Source: Nemertoderma westbladi (Eukaryota > Animalia > Xenacoelomorpha). From it: a stretch of DNA of 36,450 nt. Of this stretch, positions 22,941 through 32,401 are shown one piece after another. A program made the position numbers and the translations under genes. How positions within the stretch are numbered: position 1 is the stretch's first letter; every line of letters starts with the position of its first letter. The notes under the pieces are model-generated. The model was not told where the DNA came from, made no database searches, and saw only the letters and a list, made by a program, of their open reading frames with translations. The stretch covers positions 1 through 36,450 of the forward strand of contig JAUCBJ010004981.1 in assembly GCA_032718475.1 (NCBI GenBank). The letters are read 5' to 3'.

Positions 22941-24473
22941 TATAATATATTGCTGTATGTGCAGCAGAATGAAATAAATACAAATATATTGGTATTCAAG
23001 GGATAGTGCAGTGGTGAGGCCTACAGGTTTTACTATCGCCGTGTTATCAGTACTAGAATCGAATATTGCTTTAAAAATATTATAAGAGTTTTTAATGAAT
23101 AGACCATCATCAATGCTGTAATGCGCCCCCACATGGTCAAGGGGGTAGCTGGTCTGATGGTGTAGCAGGGTAGGGACTGTAGTACTAGTAGCCTACTGGT
23201 AATCAAGTAATGGAATGCAGGTCAGACCTAATGAACAAGCCTAGCACTCTTGTAGTTTAGAGAGAGCTTACTCTTCGTGAATTAATATTTCGCGATGGAA
23301 TATTTGAATGTAAAAGGGAATTATTTGAATTAAAGCCCATATCACTTTTGTTTATGAATGCCATCGAACAAAGAAAGTGAGAAATGTGCACCCTATCAGT
23401 GAATGGATATCTTTCACCCCGACTTTAACCTTTTCGAATTCTTTCAGTAACTTTTGTTAGCTTACGGTAATTGTCATCTTTCAGAACTATCCAGCAGAGT
23501 TTCTCCCTCCCAAAAAAACATTTTTTAGGAGAGTTTAAAAATGGCTCTGCAAAATAAGGAAAATTGTTAATGTAACGCAGACCAGTATATGAATTGCGTT
23601 AATTTATATATTTATTTCTAGTTGATTAATAGTTACCAAAATATATACATGTAAAATTACTACATTGACCAACATCTAAATAATTATTTATTAAAATATT
23701 CAAGCAGCCACTTTACAAAATCATTTTAAATACAACAATTTAACAACGTCAACAACGCATCTTTCAACAACGTAATCTTCAACAATGTATTTTTGCAGAT
23801 TTATCTGACAAACAACACTGACCCAGCACTCCTCAACGGTCTTGGTGGAAGTGTTACAACTCCTTGTGGGACACTAACTGGCAACAATGTGGATTTAATT
23901 AATTGCAAAGGTGATGTTGGACGATATGTTGTTTTCTTCAATGATAACGGCCAGATCCAAAACTTTTGCGAAGTAAAAGTGTTTAATACATTCCATCCAT
24001 AAAAAGCATACGATTACGATTATAGCATATTTATATATAAGCCAAACTTATCTAACTATCTAACTATTTATTACAATTAATTGTTTGACTACAGTATTAC
24101 ATCAAACGTCAAAGAAATTAAATTCATTTATGGAAAAACTTGAGATTTATTATACAACCTTATGAAAAACTTTCCTCAACGATATAGCATAATCGTAGTG
24201 CAGAACTACTTCTATTTATTTGTTGGTGCCTATGAGAAGTGCGGAATAGCGAATAATATCGAGTAACATCCACTCTAAGTCCGTAATCTACGAATCAATA
24301 TGACCACAAGATTGGGTATCGTCAGTTTGTATCAGTCTTGTTTAAACGCTTAGTAACCAAAGAGTAAACAACAAAAATAAAAATTATAACTAAAATAATA
24401 AATACAGAGGATAATCTATTTATGTGTCACATTTCATGCGATCTTATTAATATTAAACTAAATAAAACAGTAA
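22941..24473. repeat. Segmental duplication, copy 1 (about 1.5 kb; copy 2 is 30121-31640)
   Basis: Collinear, with a few SNPs and small indels. Contains the MULE right TIR, the lectin terminal exon and the 3' UTR. Confidence 0.95.
23799..24002 (+). CDS. Terminal exon, C-terminal half of the F-type lectin domain (copy 1)
   Basis: ttttgcag|ATT, phase 0, matching the donor at 6922. Translates IYLTNNTDPALLNGLGGSVTTPCGTLTGNNVDLINCKGDVGRYVVFFNDNGQIQNFCEVKVFNTFHP*, with the C..GRYV and CEVxVF motifs. Confidence 0.92.
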   Translation: MYLTNNTDPALLNGLGGSVTTPCGTLTGNNVDLINCKGDVGRYVVFFNDNGQIQNFCEVKVFNTFHP

Positions 24474-24477
24474 AATA

Positions 24478-25246
24478 AGACCGGCCCCATCCCCAAAACC
24501 AACGTCCCTCCCACCGAGACCGGCCCCATCCCCAAAACCAATGTCCCTCCCACCGACACCGACTCCATCCCCAAAACCAATGTCCCTCCCACCGAGACCG
24601 GCACCATCCCCAAAATCAATGTCCCATTCTCTGAGACCGGTTCCATCCCCAAAACCAACGTCCCTCCCACCGAGACCAGCCTCATCACCAAAACCAATGT
24701 CCTTCCCACCGAGACCGACTCCATCCCCAAAACCAATGTCCCTCCCACCGACACCGACTCCATCTCCAAAACCAATGTCCCTCCCACCGAGACCAGCACC
24801 ATCCCCAAAACCAATGTCCCTCCCACCGAGACCGTCCCCATCCCCAAAAACAATGTCCCTCCCACCGAGACCAGCCCCATCCCCAAAACCAACGTCCCAT
24901 TCTCTGAGACCGGTTCCATCCCCAAAATCAATGTCCCATTCTCTGAGACCGGCCCCATCCCCAAAATCAATGGCCCATTCTCTGAGACCGGTTTCATCCC
25001 AAAATCAATGTCCCATTCTCTGAGACCGGTTCCATTCCTAAAATCAATGTCCCATTCTCTGAGACCGGTTCCATCCCCAAAATCAATGTCCCATTCTCTG
25101 AGACTGGTTCCATCCCCAAAATCAATGTCCCATTCTCTGAGACCGGCCCCATCCCCAAAATCAATGTCCCATTCTCTGAGACCGGTTCCATTCCCTAAAT
25201 CAATGTCCCATTCCCTGAAACCGGTTCCATTCCCTAAATGAATGTT
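24478..25246. repeat. 39-bp minisatellite, about 20 units, two unit variants
   Basis: GAGACCGGYYCCATCCCCAAAAYCAATGTCCC followed by TCCCACC (mostly left half) or ATTCTCT (right half). Produces spurious 13-aa-repeat ORFs. Confidence 0.95.
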
Positions 25247-26358
25247 TCGAATGAATTGGGAATTCGTTTTGGGTTAGCCCATATTTTTGTATACATTGAC
25301 TAAACTAAGAATAAATAATAATAATATAACAGGTACATTGGATGAACGAATAGTTACCTTAGTTAATTCAAAAACTGTTAATGTTCTAGAATATTCTACC
25401 AAATGTGTAAAAATAACCAAATAATTTTGTTTTCGGAACATTTTAAACAAATTATATAAATAAAAAGTACATAAACATAGCTGCCGGAAAAATACCTAGA
25501 ATAATTTCCTAGAAAGGATCATCAGGCACAATGATTTGTCTTTTTCTGACAATTGTGGGATTTTTATTAAATAATTAAATACACAATTTAAAATAAATAC
25601 TAAAATTCCAAACGCTTTTCGGCATTCAAACAATCTGTCTGCTTCGGGATAGGCTGTTATAAGTTGTCAAGGTAACTTAATGTGATTATTAATATAATTG
25701 CAGTTAATGGGCCGCTATGGTTTAGTTGCAGATTTTCCTGTTGGTTTGAACATAAAATCAATAAAAAATACACTGAAAATTTTTACATTTTTTAACAAAA
25801 AAATTAGATTCGGCATATAGATAGCAGAAAATATTTGTTCTAGAACATTCATTTATTTTTTGAACATCGGGATTTCTGTAGCCCTACTATTCTTTTCCAA
25901 CAATTATTCTCTATACCAAATATTTGTTGTTTATACTTTTTGACAAAATTGTTAATCGTATTTATTAATGATTAATTAAATCTACCTGAAATAATTACCG
26001 AGTCATAATAACAAAAATGGCAGGAGGTGTTGTCAGAGCGAAGTAGTACCAAAATAAGAGTCGATTTCGGAACTCTAGCCATTTATCATAATTTATCAAC
26101 AAATTATTATGATACTTGAAGTTATTTATGTTAAATAAAATTCATAAAAAAAAACTAAATTAAAAAATTTTCTAATTATAGAACAGTAGCTATCGGTACC
26201 ATGAAAAAATATTAGCTAATGTCTCTGAGAAGGTAGAATTAATGTTCTAGAACAAAAATACCTCATAGCTATTAGCATTTTCAATAATATTTGGTCAGAA
26301 AAATTTGATACAGAACTTCTAATTGAGACTTTTGAACGGATATTCAACTAAATCAAAT

Positions 26359-27792
26359 ATGTTATCAAAAACATATTCGGCATCAATTATGTTATCGAAA
26401 ACGTCTTCGGCGTCATATTATTCAGCCAAGGAAAGTTTACCTCCGAATGAAGAAGAGATTATACCGGCCCCGGAGGAACCACAGCCAGTCCCGTCTGTCC
26501 CGCGCAGAAGGAGAAAACGGACATCGGTGTTGAAGCGATTGTGGCGATACATAACAAGCCATGGACCCTGTTTCTGGTTCTGTAGGGCCTTCATTGCTCT
26601 CTGTGTTCTTAGTGTTCTTTACGTGCTGGTGAAATTAGCGATGGGGGATGATTTAAGGAAAGAGAAGGTAGTTGGGATCCAGACGGTTGGCACAGACAGG
26701 GATCGATACCATACGACTCAGTGGATTGGAGAGACCGAGGGTTATAGTACAGATATATCAGCCACTGACAGTACCACTGGTACAGGGATACCAGCCACCG
26801 ACAGTACCACTGGTACAGAGATATCAACCAACGACAGTACCACTGGTACAGATATATCAACCAACGACAGTACCACTGGTACAGATATATCAACCAACGA
26901 CAGTACCACTGGTACAGATATATCAACCACCGACAGTACCACTGGTACAGAGATATCAACCACCGACAGTACCACTGGTACAGATATATCAACCACCGAC
27001 AGTACCACTGGTACAGGGATATCAACCACCGACAGTACCACTGGTACAGAGATATCAACCACCGACAGTACCACTGGTACAGGGATTACAGCCACCGACA
27101 GTACCACTGGTACAGGGATTACAGCCACCGACAGTACCACTGGTACAGGGATATCAACCACCGACAGTACCAGTACTACTGAGGTTTCAGCCACAACAAC
27201 GATAATCTCCGAGAAGGATGACTTTTATCGGTCGTTTATCGACTGCGATAGAAGTAAAAGAGAATGCGATCCCTATGATCCTGAAATATGCGATAAGCCG
27301 ACAGAATCCGATCAATATACCGTCGATATCGTACACCCACTCGAATATGCAAGAACTAACGACAAGAAACTAAGATGCGATCGCGATTGGATCATATTTT
27401 ATAGACGTATCCCCAACTCCAGCAGCAATAGTAACCAGTACCAGGTGGGGTTCGGAGATTCCAAAGGAAGTTACTTCCTGGGCCTATTGAATATGCGTTA
27501 TCTGACAGAGGATAGGGTATGTTTTATGAAGATTGAATGTGGTACAGCCACGGTTTTATACGGAAGCTTTACTGTGGGGGGTGCCGGTTATCCTCTAAAG
27601 ATTACAAGTTATTACAATGAGTCCAATACCGGTGTATCTGCTAATGAAAGAAACTGCGATCTCACTGTTTACAACAACGAGGGGTTTGATTTAAATAAAG
27701 GATGGTGGAATGGCGGACCTCCCCCAAGTGAATGGGAAACAAAAACTGAAACTATTGAGATGAAGGTGAAATGCAAGAAACCAGTCGTGTGA
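26359..27792 (+). CDS. Intronless type II membrane protein: cytoplasmic tail, TM helix, Thr/Ser mucin-like stalk, divergent fibrinogen-related domain (FReD); 477 aa
   Basis: First ATG at 26359. Basic RRRRKR..KRLWR precedes hydrophobic FWFCRAFIALCVLSVLYVLVKL. Thirteen 11-aa repeats follow. FReD motifs: CDRDWIIFYRR, YQVGFGDSKGSYFLGLLNMRYLT, YGSFTVG..YPLKI, GWW and EMKVK. Confidence 0.85.
   Translation: MLSKTYSASIMLSKTSSASYYSAKESLPPNEEEIIPAPEEPQPVPSVPRRRRKRTSVLKRLWRYITSHGPCFWFCRAFIALCVLSVLYVLVKLAMGDDLRKEKVVGIQTVGTDRDRYHTTQWIGETEGYSTDISATDSTTGTGIPATDSTTGTEISTNDSTTGTDISTNDSTTGTDISTNDSTTGTDISTTDSTTGTEISTTDSTTGTDISTTDSTTGTGISTTDSTTGTEISTTDSTTGTGITATDSTTGTGITATDSTTGTGISTTDSTSTTEVSATTTIISEKDDFYRSFIDCDRSKRECDPYDPEICDKPTESDQYTVDIVHPLEYARTNDKKLRCDRDWIIFYRRIPNSSSNSNQYQVGFGDSKGSYFLGLLNMRYLTEDRVCFMKIECGTATVLYGSFTVGGAGYPLKITSYYNESNTGVSANERNCDLTVYNNEGFDLNKGWWNGGPPPSEWETKTETIEMKVKCKKPVV
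26749..27177 (+). repeat. Coding 33-bp tandem repeat, 13 copies (TxIS/TxxDSTTG)
   Basis: Unit ACAGRKATATCAACCACCGACAGTACCACTGGT, in frame. Three units carry N-D-S glycosylation sequons. Confidence 0.95.
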
Positions 27793-28004
27793 AACATTCG
27801 AGATGAAACTGAAACACAAAGTAACAAACTGTACAGTAGCGCAGTAGGTAACGTAACTAACATTATAATTATAATATACAACAAATTAATAATATCCTCT
27901 GAGTTACAATAAACAAATGAACGGCACTGCCGTAGGTCGTGTGGCCTCCGTTGGGAACGTCGGTTCCAGGAACCGCGGTTGGAATCCCATAAAGGATAGA
28001 TGGA

Positions 28005-28253
28005 ACCCGTAGACCCAACGGTTAACCCGTGGGTTACATCCAACCCGTAGACCCAACGGGTCACCCATGGATTACATCCAACCCATAGACCCAACGGGTA
28101 ACCCATGGGTTACATCCAACCAGTAGACCCAACGGGTAACCCATGGGTGACATCCAACCCGTAGACCCAACGGGTCACCCATGGATTACATCCAACACGT
28201 CGACCCAACGGGTAATCCATGGGTTACATCCAGCCCGTAGACCCAACGGGTAA
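28005..28253. repeat. 38-bp minisatellite, about 6.5 units, internally palindromic
   Basis: ACCCGTAGACCCAACGGGTAACCCATGGGTTACATCCA at 28005, 28043, 28081, 28119, 28157, 28195 and 28233 (partial). Confidence 0.95.
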
Positions 28254-28360
28254 TGACACATTTTGCCATGACACATTTTTTTAATATGAATTTAATGAAC
28301 ATTATAGTATAAAAACTCGAGGTTCATTTAAACATATGTGAGGTTTGATAAAGAAACCGT

Positions 28361-28620
28361 TTTCGCGCTTTTAGACCTTTAACAGTTTTAACCTGTTAAT
28401 TTATTTGTCTTATGATGTCTGAGGTCTCCTTTGTCTTATGAAGTCTCCCGCACAAAATATGACCACAGTAGAAGACAGTCTAGCGCGGCGTATGACCCAC
28501 CGTGTGTGGGAGACTGAATTCTATGACAGTGAATGGGTGGGTAGGCTACTTTGTATTATTCGATTGATCTCTACTATATAATCTCCAAAAACTATGTTTA
28601 CTTTCAGGGAAATATCAATG
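28361..28620 (-). repeat. Diverged inverted homolog of the last ~260 bp of the LTR
   Basis: The reverse complement gives GAGATTATATAGTAG..TCGAATAATACA...TCTCCC..CGCGC...GGTTAAAACTGTTAAAGGTCTAAAAGCGCGAA, collinear with LTR 12043-12301. Confidence 0.65.
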
Positions 28621-28788
28621 CAATACTGTATTTATGCATACTGTACACACACTAGCATTAAATAATAAATAATGCCTGTGACGATATAATAAACCTGGAA
28701 TAATTGTAATGTACTTGTAATGTAATTGAATCTAAGAGTTAGATTGATTAGACACTAGAAGTTTAATGCTATTATTGTACCGGTATCT

Positions 28789-30120
28789 ATTTGTAAATAT
28801 CTATGTGGCCACCTCCTATTTACTGCACTTTTTCTAGTCTACTCATCATTTCTGCAAAGGATCTCTGAAGATGGGCTTTCGGTACTCCGTTGAAGGCTTC
28901 AGTAATAGCAGGACGAAGTTGGGTCAAGGATTCAATCGGTTGGCTATAAACTAAGTTCTTAATGTGTCCCCATAAATAGAAATCGCAAGGTTTCAGGTCC
29001 GGGAAGCGTGGTGGCCACAGCACTGGTCCATCTCTGCCAATCCAATGTCCGTTAAAATGACAGTCCAAATAATTCCTAACGATAAGCCCCCAGTGTTGCG
29101 GTGCACCATGTTGCTGGAACACAATATCGCTGTGATGGATTCCTAACCGAGGAACAAAAAATGAAGATATCAAATCTAAATAACTGGCACTTGTAACAGT
29201 TGGTGTATCAAAAAAGTATGGACCAATTAATCGTGTGCGAGACATAGCGGCCATACAGTGACCTTTGGTGAGTCGCGAGATTTTTCAGTGATGGAGTGTG
29301 GGTTTTCCTTTCCCAAAATCCGAGAATTCCATCTATTTACTTGTGCATTGACATGAAAGGTAGACTCATCACTAAAGAATACCTTGGATAAGTCCTTAGA
29401 TTCTAGAAAATTCAATATCTGGGCCGCATTATTGACACGTCTGGTGTAGTCGTTTTGTTAAATTGCATGTAGGAGCTGAATTTTGTAAGATTTAAATTTA
29501 AGTTTCTTAATAACTCTTTGAATACTGCTTCGACTGTAGCTTAATGATAGTGATGCCCGCCTCAGTGATGTCTTGGGATTCTGGATAAAATGGGCCTCAA
29601 TGATTTCTCTTGAAACACGAATGCGTCTTCCTGACCCCTTTTTTCTGGTGAAACCGAATTCGGTTGAAAGTTTTTTTCACGAATCTTAAAATTTCAGCGT
29701 TTTTAGGAAGACGCTGATTTGGAAATTTGTGTCCAAATGTACTAGCTGTCAGTTTGGGCGACTTAGTTTCAAAATACGTTTTTACAATAAAAACTTTCTC
29801 TTCACCAGAGAACATGGTTCCAATTTAAAACACAAGAATGAACCAAAATGGTAGCTAGTCTTATTTCCATAGCAACACTAACTTTCTCATAAAATAAATA
29901 CCCGGAAAAGCCTAGAACATGCACCTACGAATGTATAAAATCTGGCTTTTGAATTTAGTTGGCTGTATTTTGTTTCCATGACAACGTTTAGATTCCAAAC
30001 ACAGACCAAAATCTAAGTTAGAATATTGGCTTTAAATTGATATAAAAAACTTATATTTTATCCAACATACGTGGGAGTTATATAAATTCAAAGTAGTAAC
30101 AAATTTTAAGGGACACCCTG
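28789..30120 (-). mobile_element. Tc1/mariner DD41D (rosa/VS-type) transposon, frameshifted, one TIR remaining
   Basis: MFSGEEKVFIV..F..KFP (DUF4817-like), FFSDESTF, SPKVTVW, IGPYFFD, FQQ[H]GAPQH...WIGRDG..WPPRFPDLKPCDFYLWG. There are 41 residues between the second (D changed to H) and third catalytic positions. The TIR CAGGGTGTCCC ends at 30120, followed by TA; no partner TIR found. Confidence 0.9.
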
Positions 30121-31640
30121 TATAGTGTATATTGCTGTATGTGCAGCAGAATGAAATAAATACATGGTATTCAAGGGATAGTGCAGTGGTGAGGCCTACA
30201 GGTTTTACTATCGCCGTGTTATCAGTACCAGAATCGAATATTGCTTTAAAAATATAAGAGTTTTTAATGAATAGACCATCATCAATGCTGTAATGCGCCC
30301 CCACATGGTCAAGAGGGTAGCTGGTCTGATGGTGTAGCAGGGTAGGGACTGTAGTACTAGTAGCCTACTGGTAATCAAGTAATGGAATGCAGGTCAGACC
30401 TAATGAACAAGCCTAGCACTCTTGTAGTTTAGAGAGAGCTTACTCTTCGTGAATTAATATTTCGCGATGGAATATTTGAATGTAAAAGGGAATTATTTGA
30501 ATTAAAGCCCATATCACTTTTGTTTATGAATGCCATCGAACAAAGAAATGAGCACCCTATCAGTGAATGGATATCTTTCACCCCGACTTTAACCTTTTCG
30601 ATTACTTTCAGTAACTTTTGTTAGCTTACGGTAATTGTCATCTTTCAGAACTATCCGGCAGAGTTTCTCCCTCCCAAAAAAACATTTTTTAGGAGAGTTT
30701 AAAAATGGCTCTGCAAAATAAGGAAAATTGTTAATGTAACGCAGACCAGTATATGAATTGCGTTAATTTATATATTTATTTCTAGTTGATTAATAGTTAC
30801 CAAAATATATACATGTAAAATTACTACATTGACAAACATCTAAATAATTATTTATTAGAATATTCAAGCAGCCACTTTACAAAATCATTTTAAATACAAC
30901 AATTTAACAACGTCAACAACGCATCTTTCAACAACGTAATCTTCAACAATGTATTTTTGCAGATTTATCTGACAAACAACACTGACCCAGCACTCCTCAA
31001 CGGTCTTGGTGGAAGTGTTACAACTCCTTGTGGGACACTAACTGGCAACAATGTGGATTTAATTAATTGCAAAGGTGATGTTGGACGATATGTTGTTTTC
31101 TTCAATGATAACGGCCAGATCCAAAACTTTTGCGAAGTAAAAGTGTTTAATACATTCCATCCATAAAAAACATACGATTACGATTACTTACAGGATATTT
31201 ATATATGACTATCTAACTCTTTATTACAATTAATTGTTTGACTACAGTATTACATCAAACGTCAAAGAAATTAAATTCATTTATGGAAAAACTTGAGATT
31301 TATTATACAACCTTATGAAAAACTTTCCTTAACGATATAGCATAATCGTAGTGGAGAACTACTTCTATTTATTTGTTGGTGCCTATGAGAAGTGCGGAAT
31401 AGCGAAGAATATCGAGTAACATCCACTCTAAGTCCGTAATCTACGAATCAATATGACCACAAGATTAGGTATCGTCAGGTTGTATCAGTCTTGTTTAAAC
31501 GCTTAGTAACCAAAGAGTAAACAACGAAAATAAAAATTATAACTAAAATAGATTATCCTAAATAATAAATCCAGAGGATAATCTATTTATGTGTCACATT
31601 TCATGCGATCTTATTAATATTAAACTAAATAAAACAGTAA
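30121..31640. repeat. Segmental duplication, copy 2
   Basis: Direct repeat of 22941-24473, starting at the TA that follows the mariner TIR. Confidence 0.95.
30963..31166 (+). CDS. Terminal exon, C-terminal half of the F-type lectin domain (copy 2)
   Basis: Nucleotide-identical to 23799-24002 by eye, with the same acceptor ttttgcag. Confidence 0.85.
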   Translation: MYLTNNTDPALLNGLGGSVTTPCGTLTGNNVDLINCKGDVGRYVVFFNDNGQIQNFCEVKVFNTFHP

Positions 31641-32401
31641 TTAATAGCTAAAACAAATAATTAATAAATGAATAAAATCAAAATAGCTAAATTGTATCCG
31701 TTATTACCGTGTTTGCATCTGCCACAGTACCGCTCAGTCAGTCTAAAGCAGTGGAAACATATTCGAATTAACTGCAAACGAGCAACATAAAAATGGTGAT
31801 GGTAAGGGAATGGTCTAGGGGCTGAGCTGTGGGCTTGCAGTTAAATCGAAAACGGGGCTTTACCATAAAAATCACATAAAAAAATATGACGAATAATGGA
31901 AAAACCCCAATAGTTGATAGTTTTTTGACATAACCAATGAATATACACTTAGGTCGGTGGCTGTCTACATAAGAGGGTATATGCAGTAATACCAGGTCTC
32001 CCAGGTTTTAGCTGATCCGAAGTAATAGTCGGTGTCACAGTATCCTATTATACCGTCCAGTGGTCCACATGATTCTCTTCCATCACAGGTATTTCTAGCT
32101 CCTTGGGTGCAAATGTTTCTAAAAGAGCAAAATTAACAAAATTACAAAACCTTGTAAAACCAGCCGAGGAATAATGTGAGAGATAGAGAGAGAAACAAGT
32201 CAACATTTTTTCTTGTATAATTATAGTTTATTTGTCCTACCTACTCGCTACTCATCTGATCATGGATTATCTGTATTCAGTACTGTGGCCTACCGCCTAC
32301 TGGCCTACTACTGACTGACTGAATGCTTATCTGGAAATTTATTTTAATTAATCTAATATACGTTTTAATTATATTTAATTGACAATATTCTGGGTTCTTC
32401 T

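Larger units (their letters stand above)
7846..23492. mobile_element. Mutator (MULE)-like non-autonomous DNA transposon, interrupted by a CR1-type LINE and an LTR element
   Basis: Imperfect TIRs of about 220 bp: 7846-~8070 begins GGATAGTTCTGAAAG and ~23275-23492 ends CTTTCAGAACTATCC. Flanks are GGCAGAGTT (7837-7845) and AGCAGAGTT (23493-23501); the duplicated right end has a perfect GGCAGAGTT (30657-30665). Long TIRs plus a 9-bp TSD are typical of Mutator. No transposase seen. Confidence 0.78.

Noticed and set aside
24458-25241. Pro-rich or hydrophobic repeat ORFs on both strands
   Set aside because: By-products of a stop-poor 39-bp minisatellite; no non-repetitive coding sequence or splice support.
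28005-28253. CRISPR-like array (also considered for the 39-, 33- and 30-bp arrays)
   Set aside because: Units are contiguous with no unique spacers, there are no cas genes, and the context is eukaryotic.
31762-31850. 16-bp inverted repeat (15/16 match) with a 57-bp spacer, possible tiny MITE
   Set aside because: No TSD or second copy seen; too short to classify.
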